From NCBI GenBank assembly GCA_017415995.1, contig JAFQDN010000020.1, forward strand, positions 583 to 64,582: DNA of 64,000 bases, written 5' to 3'. The stretch is from Akkermansia sp. (lineage in GTDB: Bacteria > Verrucomicrobiota > Verrucomicrobiia > Verrucomicrobiales > Akkermansiaceae). Numbering within the stretch: position 1 is the first letter of the stretch; every line of letters starts with the position of its first letter. Shown in pieces: positions 61,542 through 64,000 of the stretch. Made by a program: the position numbers and the translations under genes. A model generated the notes under the pieces. The model saw nothing but the letters and a program-made list of their open reading frames with translations. It was not told the DNA's origin and made no database searches.

Positions 61542-63716
61542 ATGAAAAAGACACTTTTTATAACATCCTTTTGGGCTGTTTGTGCTGTTGCTACGTTTGC
61601 TGAAGATGCGTCCGTCAAGGAAACGCTGACCCTGACAAGCGATAAAATCAGCGAGGAATCTTTTACGGAGACAGCTGCCGGCAACGGCATGTTCTATTCC
61701 GATGCAAATGGGGTGGCCTTTTTGGGTACCGGAACAATGCCGTATTACATCACTCAGGCGGATGATACTCTCGCCGGGGATTCTGTCATCTCTATCTCCA
61801 AAACCGGCGGAACCACAGTGTCTGTAGGTGCTTTTGCCGGGGAATCACATTTGGTGGTGGGGAATGGTACTGATTCCATGCATGTTACGGCGGAAAACGG
61901 TATTTTTGTGGGCGGTTACGGGTGGCATAATACTTCCGGTTGGCGTACGAATGCGGCGCTTAGCAGTAATACGGAGGGTGCACTGCCTTTTGCGGCACAT
62001 GAGGGCTCCATTCTTATCAACAAAGGCTCTGTCCTTGAGGTGGGAACGGGGCTCGGTTCGGATTTCAAGACTCTTGCAGGTGCGCAGCTTTACATCGGGC
62101 ACGGTGCAAAAGGTACTGTGACTGTGGATGGTGGTGAGCTTATTTCTCATGCTTTCATCGGGGTGTCTACAGCCAATTCCTTGTCGGATGACAACAGTGG
62201 CCTGCTGGAAATTAAGAACGGGGGTACCGTTACCATTAAGGCTGAGCCGGAGAAGATGTCCATGAACGGTTATTCTTATAATCAGTTCATCGTTGGTGCC
62301 TCAAATAACGGAACCGGTGGTGTTGTGATTTCCGGTGAGGGGAGCTCATTGGTGTTGGAAAGCTCCGCTTCTGCTGATAGTGCGAGTCAAACGTATTATT
62401 CATTTGCCAGTATCGGTCAAGGCGGTCAAGGTGAGGTGACGGTTACGGACGGTGCTTCTCTCTCCCTTGGTACGGATGCTAATGCCGCTTCTCAAATCTC
62501 TATCGGTGAATCCGGCGGTACCGGCACCCTTAATGTGGAGAAAAATGCTTCCGCAGACTTGACGGGTAATGTAATTGTCGGTTTCAGCGGTGATGGTTCC
62601 GTGAATGTTGCTTCCGGTGGTGAGGTGGTGCAGTCAGGCGGTAATTTGTGCATCGGTTACGGTGCCGGTGCCTCCGGCGAGGTGACGGTAGCTGCGGAAA
62701 GTTCATTGGAAGCGGAGAATCTTGATATCGGTTACAGCGGTGCTGCCGGTTCATTGTCGGTGGAAGCCGATGCCGCGGTTGCTGTTGCCGGGAATGTCAA
62801 TGTGTTTGGCCCCGCTGAAGCGACTCAGGGCAATGGTATCACCAATGCGGGTAGTATTTCGGTGGGAGGCTATGTGAATCTCACTTCCGGCTCAGAACTG
62901 AACAATACCGGTACAATGGATGTGACCGGCTTGGTATATGTGCAGAGCGGTGCTGCTGTGGAGAATAGTGGTACGCTTTCATCTGAGAGCGGTGTTGTTG
63001 TTTATTCCGGTAGCAGCGTCACCAATAGCGGTACGATTAACGCCGATCTCATTTTGGATGACGGCGTTGTGGTTACGAATGATGGCGTGCTCAGCGGGTC
63101 TGTGAATGGAGCCGGCACAGTGCAAGGTTCCGGTGAAATCGGTACCATCAGCCTTGGTGAGCTCTCTACTTTTGTGGTGGGGGAGCCCATTACCGGGCTT
63201 GAAGTAAGCGGTGATTTTACCATGGGCGCCGGTTCCACTACGGTGTTTAACGTAGCCGGGATGGAGACGGCTGCTGCTGCCGGTTCTTCGGATACTTGGT
63301 CTTCCTGTTCTTATGCGAATATCATTATGCAGACGGAGGATGGTGTCGTCACGATTGCTGATGATGCATGCGTTTCCATCGTCTTCGGCGGCGATACGAT
63401 TTTTGACGCATCGTTGGCAAATCCGGACAATGATAACCGCATAGAGTGGGTGTTCTCGCTTACGCTCATCAGTAGTGGGGTGAGTGGTGAGGTGGATTTG
63501 GAGAAGCTGCTCAGCAATACGGATTTCTCCATTACTACCGATGCCGTCGGTATCCCCTCAATAGGTGGAACTGTCAGCGTGAGCAATGCTTCGTACTCGG
63601 TCACGGAGCAGGGCGCTCTTGTGTTGTCGGGTACGCTTACTATTCCGGAGCCGTCTACTGCCACGCTCTCTCTGTTTGCCTTGGCTGCTCTTGCCATGCG
63701 CCGCAGACGTAGATAA
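61542..63716 (+). CDS. PEP-CTERM-anchored beta-helical surface protein (autotransporter-associated beta-strand repeats)
   Basis: Signal peptide, about 650 aa of G/S/T/V-rich beta-helix repeats (GG.L..., GTVTV) and a C-terminal IPEPSTATLSLFALAALAMRRRRR sorting signal. Confidence 0.85.
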   Translation: MKKTLFITSFWAVCAVATFAEDASVKETLTLTSDKISEESFTETAAGNGMFYSDANGVAFLGTGTMPYYITQADDTLAGDSVISISKTGGTTVSVGAFAGESHLVVGNGTDSMHVTAENGIFVGGYGWHNTSGWRTNAALSSNTEGALPFAAHEGSILINKGSVLEVGTGLGSDFKTLAGAQLYIGHGAKGTVTVDGGELISHAFIGVSTANSLSDDNSGLLEIKNGGTVTIKAEPEKMSMNGYSYNQFIVGASNNGTGGVVISGEGSSLVLESSASADSASQTYYSFASIGQGGQGEVTVTDGASLSLGTDANAASQISIGESGGTGTLNVEKNASADLTGNVIVGFSGDGSVNVASGGEVVQSGGNLCIGYGAGASGEVTVAAESSLEAENLDIGYSGAAGSLSVEADAAVAVAGNVNVFGPAEATQGNGITNAGSISVGGYVNLTSGSELNNTGTMDVTGLVYVQSGAAVENSGTLSSESGVVVYSGSSVTNSGTINADLILDDGVVVTNDGVLSGSVNGAGTVQGSGEIGTISLGELSTFVVGEPITGLEVSGDFTMGAGSTTVFNVAGMETAAAAGSSDTWSSCSYANIIMQTEDGVVTIADDACVSIVFGGDTIFDASLANPDNDNRIEWVFSLTLISSGVSGEVDLEKLLSNTDFSITTDAVGIPSIGGTVSVSNASYSVTEQGALVLSGTLTIPEPSTATLSLFALAALAMRRRRR

Positions 63717-63740
63717 AATAGTCTGTTCATTTGCGCTTTC

Positions 63741-63781
63741 GGGGCAAAATTGCGTTTTGCGCAGTTTTGCCCCGCTTTTTT
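63741..63781 (+). terminator. Intrinsic terminator after the PEP-CTERM gene
   Basis: GGGGCAAAA...TTTTGCCCC stem with an inner TGCG/CGCA pairing, followed by GCTTTTTT. Confidence 0.75.
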
Positions 63782-63930
63782 CCGGCTTTTTCTTCACTTT
63801 TCCTGCACTTTGTTTTGCTGATTTTCGGAAATTTGAATTTTTGTGTAGAAAAATGCAAAATTTTCCCGTTTTATTTTCAATGCGTTATGAAAAATGTGCA
63901 AAAATTCTGAAAAAATCTTGAAAAATTGGC

Positions 63931-63959
63931 TTGACGTTCGATGTCGTTTCGTGTAAAAT
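63931..63959 (+). promoter_or_regulatory. Strong sigma-70-like promoter with phased A-tract UP region, reading out of the window
   Basis: TTGACG (63931-36), a 17-nt spacer, then TAAAAT (63954-59). It is preceded by repeated AAAAAT/GAAAAA tracts at 63840-63930. Confidence 0.5.
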
Positions 63960-64000
63960 TGCCGTCACACCGACACGGTGAAGCCCGAAAGGCCAAGCGG

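Noticed and set aside
1-64000. Scan for CRISPR arrays, tRNA/rRNA genes, IS elements, integrases, restriction-modification or toxin-antitoxin modules
   Set aside because: No regularly spaced direct repeats, cloverleaf-like sequences, transposase/integrase motifs or classic defence-gene signatures were seen on either strand.

Overview
This 64-kb chromosomal window has a mid-50s %GC by eye and about 50 genes. It looks verrucomicrobial (Akkermansia-like), based on a PEP-CTERM beta-helix protein, GH18/GH31 glycosidases, many lipoproteins and near-consensus TTGACA-16/17-TAnAAT promoters. The taxon is inference only, since no search was run.

Housekeeping genes:
- Metabolism and protein handling: class V aminotransferase, SurA-like PPIase, M42 peptidase, L,D-transpeptidase, dCMP deaminase, Mrp/ApbC, nadC, an aldo-keto reductase, a HIT protein.
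- Ribosomal and DNA-processing genes: rpmI-rplT, rpsN, rpsP, dprA.

Transport and regulation:
- A feoA-feoB-Cys-rich-peptide-porin operon.
- A MarR-controlled RND efflux operon.
- An EamA transporter, a CNNM/HlyC protein and an orphan PAS histidine kinase.

The window is unusually rich in exported or eukaryote-like repeat proteins (ankyrin, Sel1).

The stand-out locus is a ~16.8-kb minus-strand operon (61112->44279):
- It encodes LPP20-like, CsgG/FlgO-like and DUF4384 envelope proteins.
- These are followed by three tandem giant exported proteins. Each has a catalytically intact caspase-fold (peptidase C14) domain and C-terminal ankyrin repeats.
- The operon ends with a Sel1 lipoprotein.
- A short basic motif, TRGM(K/V)VKK, sits in the p20-p10 linker of all three proteases. 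It recurs in disordered segments of two non-protease proteins of the same operon.

Other notable items:
- A Ser/Thr kinase-Sel1 gene decayed by one nonsense mutation and two frameshifts.
- A FeoB carrying an embedded DUF805-like membrane module.
- A shared palindromic operator linking the MarR/RND operon to a small neighbouring gene.
- Three G/C homopolymer tracts of 8-9 nt, one inside a caspase gene.

No rRNA, tRNA, CRISPR array, transposase or integrase was recognised.
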